This document shows positions 56,511 through 64,000 of a stretch of 64,000 nt of DNA, piece by piece. The notes under the pieces were generated by a model that saw only the letters and a list, made by a program, of their open reading frames with translations, made no database searches and was not told where the DNA came from. Position 1 is the stretch's first letter. The number at the start of each line of letters is the position of its first letter. The stretch is from Bacteroidota bacterium (GTDB lineage: Bacteria; Bacteroidota; Rhodothermia; Rhodothermales; JANQRZ01), in contig JBCDKT010000003.1 in the NCBI GenBank assembly GCA_038746285.1, positions 80,003-144,002 of the forward strand, in the 5' to 3' direction. The translations under genes and the position numbers were made by a program.

Positions 56511-58484
56511 ATGAAACGCTTGCTTCGCCTCGCCGCACTCCCTGCTCTCTTCGTCGCCCTCCTCAGCCTCGCCGCGTGCTCGTCGTCGCAGCAGACCACC
56601 TCGATGATGGCGATGCTGCCCGGGGCCGGGCCGCCCTCACCGGACCCGCGCGTCGGCCTCGGCGGCGGCCTCTTCGACGCCGAGGAGGCCATCTGGAACC
56701 TCCGCATGCTCTCGACGTCGCCGCCGCCGGAGGCCTTCGTCGGCGTCACCAACTCGGACCTTGCCTTCAAGGACCAGTACGCGATCCAGGGCAACTACAA
56801 CGGCATCCTCGTCTGGGACCTCACCGACCCCGCCGCGCCGGAGCTCGTGACAGAGTACCTCTGCCCGGCCTCGCAGAGCGACGTGTCGGTCTACGAGAAC
56901 CTGATGTTCGTCTCCGGCGAGGGCTTCGGCGGGCGGCTCGACTGCGGGACCGAGGGCGTCGAGGAGCGCGTCAGCGCGGACCGCCTGCGCGGCATCCGCA
57001 TCTTCGACATCTCGGACATCCGCGCCCCGGAGTACGTCGCCAACGTGCAGACGTGCCGCGGCTCGCACACCCACTCCGTCCTCAAAGACCCGGACGACGA
57101 CGAGAACGTCTACGTCTACATCTCCGGCTCCGCCCCGGTCCGGCCCGAGGCCGAACTGCCCGGCTGCTCCGGTGCCGCCCCCGACGAGGACCCCGAGACG
57201 GCCCTCTTCCGCATCGAGGTGATCCAGGTGCCGCTCGCCAACCCCGCGGCCGCCGAGATCGTCAGCTCGCCGCGCATCTTCGACGGCCTCGTCGCCCCGC
57301 CGCGCCACGGCCAGTCGCCGGCCGACATCGCAGCCGTCGAGGAGGCGCGCGCCACGGGCGGGTTCGTGGTCGAGGGGCCGACCAACTCGTTCGTGCTCCC
57401 GGCGCGCTACACCGACTCGCTCCTGAGCGGGATCGTGGCCGAGCGCGGGGGCGAGGGACCGCCGACCGCCGCCGACAGCACGGCGCTCCGCGAGCGCCTC
57501 CCGGCGATGGCCGCGCGGTGGTTCGGCTCGGACGGCGACGACGAGGACGACGGCCCCGACCCCGGCCCGACGCAGTGCCACGACATCACGCTCTACCCCG
57601 AGATCGGCCTCGCCGGCGGCGCGTGCGAGGGCTACGGCCTCCTGCTCGACATCTCCGACCCCGTCGCCCCGCGCCGCCTCGACGCCGTCGCCGACTCGAA
57701 CTTCGCCTACTGGCACTCGGCGACCTTCAACAACGACGGCACCGCCGTACTCTTCACCGACGAGTGGGGCGGCGGCGGCCAGCCCAAGTGCCGCGCCGAC
57801 GACCCCTACGAGTGGGGTGCCAACGCCATCTTCAGCATCAACGGCAGCGAGCTGGACTTCGGGAGCTATTACAAGATGCCCGCCGTCCAGACCTCCCAGG
57901 AGAACTGCGTCGCCCACAACGGCTCGCTTATCCCGATCCCCGGGCGCGACGTGATGGTCCAGGGCTGGTACCAGGGCGGCATCTCCGTCTTCGACTGGAC
58001 CGACCCCGCTAACCCCGTCGAGATCGCCTTCCACGACCGGGGGCCGGTCAACCCCGAGCGGATGGCCAGCGGCGGCTCGTGGTCGGTCTACTGGTACAAC
58101 GGGCTCATCGTGAACTCCGAGATCGCCCGCGGGCTCGACGTGTTCGAACTCGCCCCGAGCGCCTTCGTGAGCCAGAACGAGATCGACGCCGCCAACACCG
58201 TCCAGCTCGACTACCTCAACGCGCAGGGGCAGCCGAAATTCGTCTGGCCCGCCACGTTCTCGCTCGCCCGCGCCTACCTCGACCAGCTCGAACGCGGCGA
58301 GGGGCTTGACCGGGCGCGGGTCGCGGCCACACGCGAAGCGCTCGCCGGTGCCGAAGGTGCCTCGGGCACTGCCCGGAGCGGCGCGCTCGGCGCGCTCGCC
58401 ACCACGCTCGACGAGGAGGCCGGCGCGGCGCGCGACGCGTCGAAGGTGCGGATGCTCGCCGCGACGGTGCGGGACTTGATGTGA
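56511..58484 (+). CDS. LVIVD-repeat beta-propeller lipoprotein
   Basis: ORF track 657 aa. Lipobox LAAC. Recurrent motif of the LVIVD type (GILVWDLTDPAAPELV, GIRIFDISDIRAPEYV, GLLLDISDPVAPRRL, GISVFDWTDPANPVEI, GLDVFEL). Confidence 0.6.
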   Translation: MKRLLRLAALPALFVALLSLAACSSSQQTTSMMAMLPGAGPPSPDPRVGLGGGLFDAEEAIWNLRMLSTSPPPEAFVGVTNSDLAFKDQYAIQGNYNGILVWDLTDPAAPELVTEYLCPASQSDVSVYENLMFVSGEGFGGRLDCGTEGVEERVSADRLRGIRIFDISDIRAPEYVANVQTCRGSHTHSVLKDPDDDENVYVYISGSAPVRPEAELPGCSGAAPDEDPETALFRIEVIQVPLANPAAAEIVSSPRIFDGLVAPPRHGQSPADIAAVEEARATGGFVVEGPTNSFVLPARYTDSLLSGIVAERGGEGPPTAADSTALRERLPAMAARWFGSDGDDEDDGPDPGPTQCHDITLYPEIGLAGGACEGYGLLLDISDPVAPRRLDAVADSNFAYWHSATFNNDGTAVLFTDEWGGGGQPKCRADDPYEWGANAIFSINGSELDFGSYYKMPAVQTSQENCVAHNGSLIPIPGRDVMVQGWYQGGISVFDWTDPANPVEIAFHDRGPVNPERMASGGSWSVYWYNGLIVNSEIARGLDVFELAPSAFVSQNEIDAANTVQLDYLNAQGQPKFVWPATFSLARAYLDQLERGEGLDRARVAATREALAGAEGASGTARSGALGALATTLDEEAGAARDASKVRMLAATVRDLM

Positions 58485-58489
58485 CCTGT

Positions 58490-58538
58490 GACGCGTGAGG
58501 GTGCCAGGCGAAGAGCCGTTCGGGCACCCTCGCGCGTC
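58490..58538. terminator. Bidirectional terminator-like hairpin between convergent genes
   Basis: GACGCGTGAGGGTGCC (58490-58505) pairs with GGCACCCTCGCGCGTC (58523-58538). 16-bp stem with one G.U pair. Confidence 0.6.
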
Positions 58539-59061
58539 AGACGCCTTCGCGCTCGCGCCAGCGCGTGACGTGGGCGGTGTGGTGCCGCCCGTGCCACGCG
58601 TACATCCCCGTCGCGTAGTCGAGCCGCATCGTCTGCTCCGCCGCCGGGTGGTAGAACGCCCGCCCGAAGTCCTGCGGCCCGAGCGAGTGGAGAAGCGCCG
58701 TCCAGCGTGCGTGCAGCGCGTCGAGGAACGCGAGGCTGACCTCGACCGGCAGGCTGTAGTCGCCGAGTTCGGCCCAGGCCCCTTCGTCGTAGGGCCGGAT
58801 CGTCGGCGTCTCTTCGGTGAGGGTGAGCTTGACACGGGCGAGGGCGTTCAGGTGGCTGTCAGCCGTGTGGTGGACGACCTGCCGGATGGTCCAGCCGCCG
58901 GGGCGGTACGGCGTGTCGAGGTCGGTCTCGCTCAGCCCATCCACGGCCGCGCGCATCGCTGCCGGGAGCGACGCGATCTGTCCGATCCAGCGGTCGAGGT
59001 CGGCGTCGGGGATGCTGGCAGGCGGGTCGTATGTGCCGATGGGATAGCGGAGGTCGTTCAT
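58537..59061 (-). CDS. DinB/YfiT-family metal-dependent hydrolase / thiol transferase-like protein
   Basis: ORF track 174 aa. YPIGTY..., GWTIRQVVHHTADSHLNA, MYAWHGRHHTAHV (the His triad typical of YfiT/DinB_2). Confidence 0.8.
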   Translation of the reverse strand: MNDLRYPIGTYDPPASIPDADLDRWIGQIASLPAAMRAAVDGLSETDLDTPYRPGGWTIRQVVHHTADSHLNALARVKLTLTEETPTIRPYDEGAWAELGDYSLPVEVSLAFLDALHARWTALLHSLGPQDFGRAFYHPAAEQTMRLDYATGMYAWHGRHHTAHVTRWREREGV

Positions 59062-59615
59062 GGCTGTGGCGGTGGGCCGGCTAGGTCGTCAAACAGAGAG
59101 ACCGTCTGCATGCCGAGAGCCTCGTCGAACGCGCTGAGCCAGCGGCGAATGTAGGCGGCGTCGAGCGCCGGCTGGCGAACGAGGATGCCGCGCACGTCCT
59201 CGACATCGCGAGGCCGGCCGGCCACGAGCTTGAGGACGATAAGGTCCTCGGCTGAGGCGAAGCGGACCCTCTCGCCGCCGATCTCAGCCGTGTTCGCGCG
59301 CTCGATAGCTTCGCGCTCGTAGCCTCCGAAAGAGAATACAAAGTCCACCTGGCGCTCGCCCTCTACGTCACTGCAGGGAAGTACGAGCGTCTCCGCGACA
59401 AACGCTTGCGGTTCGACGAGCGGTCGCAGAGCCAGCGTTTCGACAACCCGGAGCACGTCGGGAAGCCGGTCGGGGCCGACGCCGAGCGTTACGTCCACGT
59501 CGCGCGTCAGGCGGGGTTCGCCGTAGAGGAGCACGGCCTGCCCGCCGATCACCATGTAGGGCACGCCCGCCGCATCTAGCTCGCGGGCGAGCGCGGCAAG
59601 GAGTTTCTCAAACAT
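59058..59615 (-). CDS. Nucleotidyltransferase-fold protein (minimal NTase, DUF2204/DUF6036-like)
   Basis: In-frame ATG 59615 of ORF 59058..59771 (185 aa). NTase signature VIGGQAVLLYGEPRLTRDVDV. Its stop overlaps the dinB-like start by 4 nt and its start overlaps the upstream small ORF by 8 nt. Confidence 0.6.
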   Translation of the reverse strand: MFEKLLAALARELDAAGVPYMVIGGQAVLLYGEPRLTRDVDVTLGVGPDRLPDVLRVVETLALRPLVEPQAFVAETLVLPCSDVEGERQVDFVFSFGGYEREAIERANTAEIGGERVRFASAEDLIVLKLVAGRPRDVEDVRGILVRQPALDAAYIRRWLSAFDEALGMQTVSLFDDLAGPPPQP

Positions 59616-59832
59616 TCCGAAGCGCAGCGAGCGCGTGCGCCAGCCGGACCTTGACCTCGACCCCGTCGAGCGGGTCCTCGCGCCGCCAGCGGCCCAGCGC
59701 GACGGCTTCGGCGCGGAGCGCCTCCACAATCCGGAGGTTGCGTGCGAAGTCGGGCCGGTCAGCAGCCGCACGGCGGAGCGCGGCGACGCGGTCGAAATCG
59801 GGGCGGCGTCCGATAGGCGAGTTCATGTCCAC
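59608..59832 (-). CDS. Small Arg-rich helical protein (74 aa), possible partner of the NTase
   Basis: ORF track 74 aa. Translationally coupled to the NTase gene. Contains a twice-repeated RPDF motif. No family recognised, and a GC-rich shadow ORF cannot be excluded. Confidence 0.4.
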   Translation of the reverse strand: MDMNSPIGRRPDFDRVAALRRAAADRPDFARNLRIVEALRAEAVALGRWRREDPLDGVEVKVRLAHALAALRNV

Positions 59833-59851
59833 GAAACGCAGCGTCCCTCTC

Positions 59852-60682
59852 TCAGATCCCCGCGCCGCCGGTGACTTCGAGGGTGTGGCCGGTGACGTAG
59901 CCCGCGAGCGGCGAGGCCATCAGCAGGATGCCGCCCGCCGCCTCCTCGTCGGTGCCGGGGCGGCCGAGCGGGTTGTTGGTGAACGCCCGCCCGCGCGCCG
60001 CCTCGGGGATGCCCTGCACAATTTCTTGCCCAGCCACCTCGACCGTCTCGCCGGTCTCCTTCGGGCGTGTCATCCGCGTGTCGATGAACCCGAACGCGAC
60101 CGCGTTGCACCGGACCCCGAAGCGGCCCCACTCCTTCGCCACGGTCTTCGTCAGCCCGACGATCCCCATCTTGGCCGTCGCGTAGTTGACCTGCCCGACG
60201 TTGCCGTGGAGTCCGCTCGTCGACGAGACGTTGACGATCACGCGGTTCTCGGAGAACGGTCGGTCTGCCGCGCGCTCCTGCTTGCCGGGCTCGCGGAGGT
60301 ACGGGGCGGCGGCGCGGATCAGGCGGAACGGCGCGAAGGTGTGGATCTCCATGATGCGGAGCCACTGCTCGTCGGTCATCGTGTGGAGCATCCCGTCCCA
60401 CAGAAACCCAGCGTTGTTGACGAGCACGTTGAGCTTCCCGAACCGCTCAACGGCTCCAGCCAGCAGAGCCTCGGGGAAGCCGTCCTCGGTGACGCTCCCG
60501 GCGACGGCGTGCGCCGTCCCGCCTGCGTCGGTGATCTCCCTCGCGACGGACTCGGCTGGCTCGGCGTCAAGGTCGTTGACGACGACCGACGCGCCGTGGC
60601 GGGCAAAGCGTTTCGCCGCGGCAGCGCCGATCCCACGACCGGCTCCGGTGACGACGACGACGTGGTTTTCGAACAGGGACAT
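59852..60682 (-). CDS. SDR-family oxidoreductase (3-hydroxyacyl-CoA / 3-oxoacyl reductase-like)
   Basis: ORF track 276 aa. VVVVTGAGRGIGAA, NNAG, catalytic YATAK, GHTLEVTGG. Confidence 0.85.
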   Translation of the reverse strand: MSLFENHVVVVTGAGRGIGAAAAKRFARHGASVVVNDLDAEPAESVAREITDAGGTAHAVAGSVTEDGFPEALLAGAVERFGKLNVLVNNAGFLWDGMLHTMTDEQWLRIMEIHTFAPFRLIRAAAPYLREPGKQERAADRPFSENRVIVNVSSTSGLHGNVGQVNYATAKMGIVGLTKTVAKEWGRFGVRCNAVAFGFIDTRMTRPKETGETVEVAGQEIVQGIPEAARGRAFTNNPLGRPGTDEEAAGGILLMASPLAGYVTGHTLEVTGGAGI

Positions 60683-60709
60683 GAGCGAAGAGGCTAGGTA
60701 GGGTGGAGG

Positions 60710-61198
60710 TTAGCGGGTCCGGTAGTCTACGCTCCCGAACGCTCCCGCGTCGTCTACGATGTGGGTCTCCTTGCCGGGGACCACGTCGGTGTTCTGGGCC
60801 GAGGCGCAGCGCCAGCCCGCGTCGGTCCGGTGGAGGACGAACGAGAAGACGGTGGTGCGCGGTCCGGGGTGTTCGACGGTGCCGATGGGCGTCTGGCCCG
60901 TCAGCCGCATCCGGGCGTGGACGACCGCGACATCGTCCCGCAGCCGCTTCACCTCGACCTGCCGAATCGTGAGTTCCGACGCGTTGAAGGTCACGTCGAG
61001 CCCATAGCGGTGAGCTTTGCGGATCGCCTCGCGGTCGTGCCACCAGAGGCCGGTGACGTTGACGAACTCCGCGTCCTCATCGAAGAGCGCGGCGAGGGCG
61101 TCGGCGTCGCGGCGGTTCCAGGCGAGCGCCCAGAGTTCCGGCAGCCGCTCGGGCCGGTCGAACGGTGGGGAGCCCTCAGGCGGGGAAGCGTTGGTCAC
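60710..61198 (-). CDS. SgcJ/EcaC-family (SnoaL-like, DUF4440) protein
   Basis: ORF track 162 aa. WALAWNRRDADALAALFDEDAEFVNVTGLWW...REAI, ...FSFVLHRTDAGWRCASAQNT. Confidence 0.7.
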   Translation of the reverse strand: MTNASPPEGSPPFDRPERLPELWALAWNRRDADALAALFDEDAEFVNVTGLWWHDREAIRKAHRYGLDVTFNASELTIRQVEVKRLRDDVAVVHARMRLTGQTPIGTVEHPGPRTTVFSFVLHRTDAGWRCASAQNTDVVPGKETHIVDDAGAFGSVDYRTR

Positions 61199-61199
61199 G

Positions 61200-61667
61200 T
61201 CAGGTGGGGATCAGCAGGGCGAGGGTCTCGGCGACGAGGGCGGGCGTCTCCTCGCCTTCGATTTCGACTATGTTCTCGGTCTTGAGCAGCAACGGGCCCT
61301 CGGCTTTCGGCGTGACCGACGCGAGCCTCACGCGGGCACGGACGCGCGCGCCCGACGGGACCGGCGCGAGGAAGCGGACCCGGTCGAGGCCGTAGTTCAG
61401 CACGCGCGCCACGCCATCGGGGACGACGCCGACCTCGCGGCGCATCGCGGGGAGGAGCGAGAGCGTGAGGAAGCCGTGCGCGATCGTGGTTCCCGACGGA
61501 CTCTCTCGGGCCGCGCGCTCGGGGTCGGTGTGGATCCACTGGTGGTCCTCGGTGCAGGCCGCGAAGGCGTCGATCCGGGCCTGGTCGACCGTGACCCAGC
61601 CGGAGACGCCGAGGTCGCGTCCGACGAACCGGTCGAGCGTGTCGAGGGCGTAGTCAGGCGGTGGCAT
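61200..61667 (-). CDS. MaoC-family (R)-specific enoyl-CoA hydratase/dehydratase
   Basis: ORF track 155 aa. FAACTEDHQWIHTDPERAARESPSGTTIAHGFLTLSLL hot-dog hydratase motif. Confidence 0.85.
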   Translation of the reverse strand: MPPPDYALDTLDRFVGRDLGVSGWVTVDQARIDAFAACTEDHQWIHTDPERAARESPSGTTIAHGFLTLSLLPAMRREVGVVPDGVARVLNYGLDRVRFLAPVPSGARVRARVRLASVTPKAEGPLLLKTENIVEIEGEETPALVAETLALLIPT

Positions 61668-61790
61668 AGGGCGATGGGCGTCGGCGAAACCGTAGCGAAT
61701 ATCGGAAGGGGAGGGGCAGCAGAGGGAACGAGAGACGCACTTTTACGCTCAACGAAGCGTCGCCCCGCATCACCAACCCCGCCTGCCACG

Positions 61791-62948
61791 ATGCGTCTGC
61801 TCCTCCCGCTCGCTGCCCTGCTCCTCGCGGTCCTTCTCGCCACCGGCTGCCAGGTCGAAGGCCAGCCGGACGAGACCACCTACGACCCCGCCGCCGACAC
61901 GCTCCGGTTCGCGGGCGAGGTCCACCTCCGCAACGTCCGCCAGCTCACCTTCGGCGGCAACAACGCCGAGGCGTACTGGAGCTTCGACGACGAGCGCCTC
62001 ATCTTCCAGAGCGACTGGGACGCGATCAACGACCAGGGGTGCGACCAGCAGTTCATCATGAACGCCGATGGCTCGGCCCTCGCCGACGGCCGGCAGTATG
62101 CCCGCGTCTCGTCGGGCGAGGGGCGGACGACGTGCGGCTACTTCCTCGCCGACGGCCGCGTCGTCTTCGCCTCGACGGCCGGGAGCGGCCCCGCCTGCCC
62201 GACGCCGCCCGAGGCCGCGCCGGGCGTCTACACCTGGGCCATCTACTCCGACTACGACATCTACGTGGCCGACGCCGACGGGCAGAACCGCGAGCTGCTC
62301 ATCGACAGCCCGGGCTACGACGCCGAGCCGACCGTCAGCCCCGACGGGCGCTTCGTCGTCTTCACCTCGACGCGCTCGGGCGACCTCGACCTCTGGCGCT
62401 ACGAGATCGAGACCGGCGAGACGCTCCAGCTCACGAAGACCCTCGGCTACGACGGCGGGGCCTTCTTCTCGCCGGACAGCGAGCGGATCGTGTGGCGCGC
62501 CAGCCGGCCCGAAGGCGCGACCGCCGAGCAGTACCGCAGCCTCCTCGACGACGGCCGCGTCCAGCCCTCCGCGCTCGACCTCTACGTGGCCGACGCCGAC
62601 GGGCAGAACGCAGTCCGCGTCACGAATCTCGACGGTGCCAACTGGGCCCCGTTCTTCCACCCCTCCGGCGAGCGGATCCTCTTCGCCTCGAACCACCACA
62701 CCGAAAGCGGGCGGCTCTTCGACCTCTTCCTCGTGGACCTCGACGGGAGCGGGCTGACCCAGGTCACCCACTCCGGCACGTTCGACGCCTTCCCGATGTT
62801 CAGCTTCTCCGGCGACCGCCTCGTCTTCGCCTCCAACCGCCGCGCCGACCGCCAGCCGAGCCGCGACACCAACGTCTTCGTCGCCGACTGGGTCGAGACG
62901 CCTGAGGCCGTCGACTCGACGTTCCAGACCGTCGCCGTGGGGCCGTAG
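61791..62948 (+). CDS. TolB-like beta-propeller (PD40/WD40-like repeat) lipoprotein
   Basis: In-frame ATG 61791 of ORF 61017..62948. Lipobox LLATGC. Repeats of the type DAEPTVSPDGRFVVFTSTRSGDLDLW, FFSPDSERIVW, PFFHPSGERILFASN, PMFSFSGDRLVFASNR. Confidence 0.75.
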   Translation: MRLLLPLAALLLAVLLATGCQVEGQPDETTYDPAADTLRFAGEVHLRNVRQLTFGGNNAEAYWSFDDERLIFQSDWDAINDQGCDQQFIMNADGSALADGRQYARVSSGEGRTTCGYFLADGRVVFASTAGSGPACPTPPEAAPGVYTWAIYSDYDIYVADADGQNRELLIDSPGYDAEPTVSPDGRFVVFTSTRSGDLDLWRYEIETGETLQLTKTLGYDGGAFFSPDSERIVWRASRPEGATAEQYRSLLDDGRVQPSALDLYVADADGQNAVRVTNLDGANWAPFFHPSGERILFASNHHTESGRLFDLFLVDLDGSGLTQVTHSGTFDAFPMFSFSGDRLVFASNRRADRQPSRDTNVFVADWVETPEAVDSTFQTVAVGP

Positions 62949-62954
62949 GCCGGC

Positions 62955-63374
62955 GTGGCCTCGCCGCCAACCGGTCGTATCATAGGGACCGTGCTACCCC
63001 GCTTGGTCTATATCGCTCGAATCGCGCTCGTGCTCGCCGTCGTGGGGAGCACGCAGGGACTCCTGCTCGTGCAGGGCACGTTCCTGCTGCGGCAGGACTT
63101 CGTGATCGAAAACCTGTGCGTCAACCGCAGCCTGCCGGAGCTGGACTGCGAGGGCACGTGCTTTCTCACGAAGCAACTCCACGAGCAGCGCCAGCGCGAG
63201 AAAGAAGAGCAGCAGGCGACGATGCAGATCGCCCTCGCCGTCGCTGGCGTGCTCGCCGGCGGCGAGCCGCTCCCCGACCGCCCCGTGCTCCAGACCGCGT
63301 GGGCTCCTGTTTCTGTCTACGACACCGGCACCGATCCTGCCGGTCGGGTCTTCCACCCGCCGCGCGCCGTCTAG
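62955..63374 (+). CDS. Hypothetical membrane protein with CxN...C.G.C motif
   Basis: ORF track 139 aa (GTG start; the GTG at 62991 is an alternative). One TM helix, then NLCVNRSLPELDCEGTCFLTKQL and a charged helix. Confidence 0.4.
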   Translation: MASPPTGRIIGTVLPRLVYIARIALVLAVVGSTQGLLLVQGTFLLRQDFVIENLCVNRSLPELDCEGTCFLTKQLHEQRQREKEEQQATMQIALAVAGVLAGGEPLPDRPVLQTAWAPVSVYDTGTDPAGRVFHPPRAV

Positions 63375-63590
63375 CGCGCCGCCAGCCGCACCGGCCCTAG
63401 TGCCCGTGCCGCGTCCGCCTCGGCCCGTCGGCTGAGGGCGTGCCCGCCTGCGACGGGGGCACCGCGCGCTTTTTGGTCATTGCCTCGCCCCCGTCCTGGC
63501 GAGGCCCTCTACCGTCTCTGGCCGTGCGAGCCAGGGCTGCCGGTGCCTAGCGCCGGTGTGTCTCCGTATTACGAACCGACTGCCAACCCC

Positions 63591-64000
63591 ATGACCTACG
63601 CCATCCGAACCCTCCTCACGCGCGGTCCGCGCCTCGCCGCGCTCGCGCTCGCCGGGGCCTTCGTCCTCGCCGGCTGCGAGGCCAACGACCCGACCGAAGA
63701 CTTCGCCCAAGTCCGCCTCGACCTCGAACCCCTCTTCGACGGAGCCGCGCTCCAGGGCGGCGAGGCCTTGCAGATTCAGGGCCGTACGGGCGTGCTCGAA
63801 ACGGCGCGCCTCTACCTGTCCGACCTCACCCTGATCCAGGATGACGGCACCGAGGTGCTGATCGACGGCGAGTCCATCACGGTCCGCGCCCGCGACGAGG
63901 ACGACGCCGAGGTCCAGCACACCATCACCGAGCGCTACGTCTACGCCGCCAGCGACCGGGGCCGCACCGAGACGATGCTCGGCGAGGTGCCGGCCGGGTC
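63591..64000 (+). CDS. Hypothetical lipoprotein (possibly MbnP-like), 3' end beyond window
   Basis: Own translation from ATG 63591: MTYAIRTLLTRGPRLAALALAGAFVLAGCEANDPTEDFAQVRLDLEPLFDGAALQGGEALQIQGRTGVLETARLYLSDLTLIQDDGTEVL... Not in the track because no stop lies inside the window. The family call is tentative. Confidence 0.45.
   Translation, partial: MTYAIRTLLTRGPRLAALALAGAFVLAGCEANDPTEDFAQVRLDLEPLFDGAALQGGEALQIQGRTGVLETARLYLSDLTLIQDDGTEVLIDGESITVRARDEDDAEVQHTITERYVYAASDRGRTETMLGEVPAG

Noticed and set aside
51942-58835. Long ORFs 51942..54011(+), 54156..56348(-) and 56637..58835(-) (689-732 aa).
   Set aside because: They lie antisense to alaS, the NPP/DUF305 genes and the LVIVD gene respectively. 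They have no motifs and a composition typical of out-of-frame GC-rich translation.

Overview
The window is a visibly GC-rich chromosomal segment. GC content was judged by eye and not computed. Gene content suggests a Bacteroidota/Rhodothermota-type organism, which is inference only. Supporting genes are a T9SS C-terminal sorting domain, a TonB-dependent receptor + DUF4249 pair, a Bacteroidetes-type FabI, a GGGP-synthase homologue and a 31-aa bS22/AURKAIP1-like peptide.

I support about 65 protein genes, most of them housekeeping:
- fbaB
- a thiO-thiS-thiG-thiE-thiD thiamine operon
- a phosphohexomutase
- udk
- coaX-birA
- fabI
- an acyl-CoA carboxyltransferase
- a VKOR-DsbA fusion
- an M14 peptidase
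- an MscS channel
- a hybrid histidine kinase
- alaS
- an NPP-family phosphodiesterase
- a MaoC/SgcJ/SDR cluster

RNA genes are tRNA-Arg(ACG) and tmRNA (ssrA, minus strand, tag ANDYSYAMAA). I recognised no rRNA, CRISPR array, integrase or transposase.

The most interesting content is accessory:
1. A tightly coupled two-gene cassette at 941-2816 encodes an ABC/AAA_21-type ATPase and a TOPRIM-like protein with VEG and DxD motifs. This is a split OLD/AbiL/PARIS-like architecture and a candidate anti-phage or abortive-infection system. Its central part is less GC-rich than the neighbours. It is bracketed by a diverged duplication of the 3' end of the adjacent FAD-oxidoreductase gene.
2. A hicB/hicA-like cassette at 35018-35501 is bracketed by a 79-bp duplication of the 3' end of the carboxyltransferase gene. 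A decayed DUF433/DUF5615 pair follows it. This is the same insertion signature as the ATPase/TOPRIM cassette, and neither cassette carries a recombinase gene.
3. alaS carries an AT-rich in-frame insertion of roughly 50 codons.
4. Three translationally coupled genes (small protein, nucleotidyltransferase, DinB/YfiT) sit at 58537-59832.
5. Two families of intergenic palindromic repeats and one 9-bp tandem repeat are present.

The many long antisense or out-of-frame ORFs in the track are treated as GC-driven shadow ORFs.
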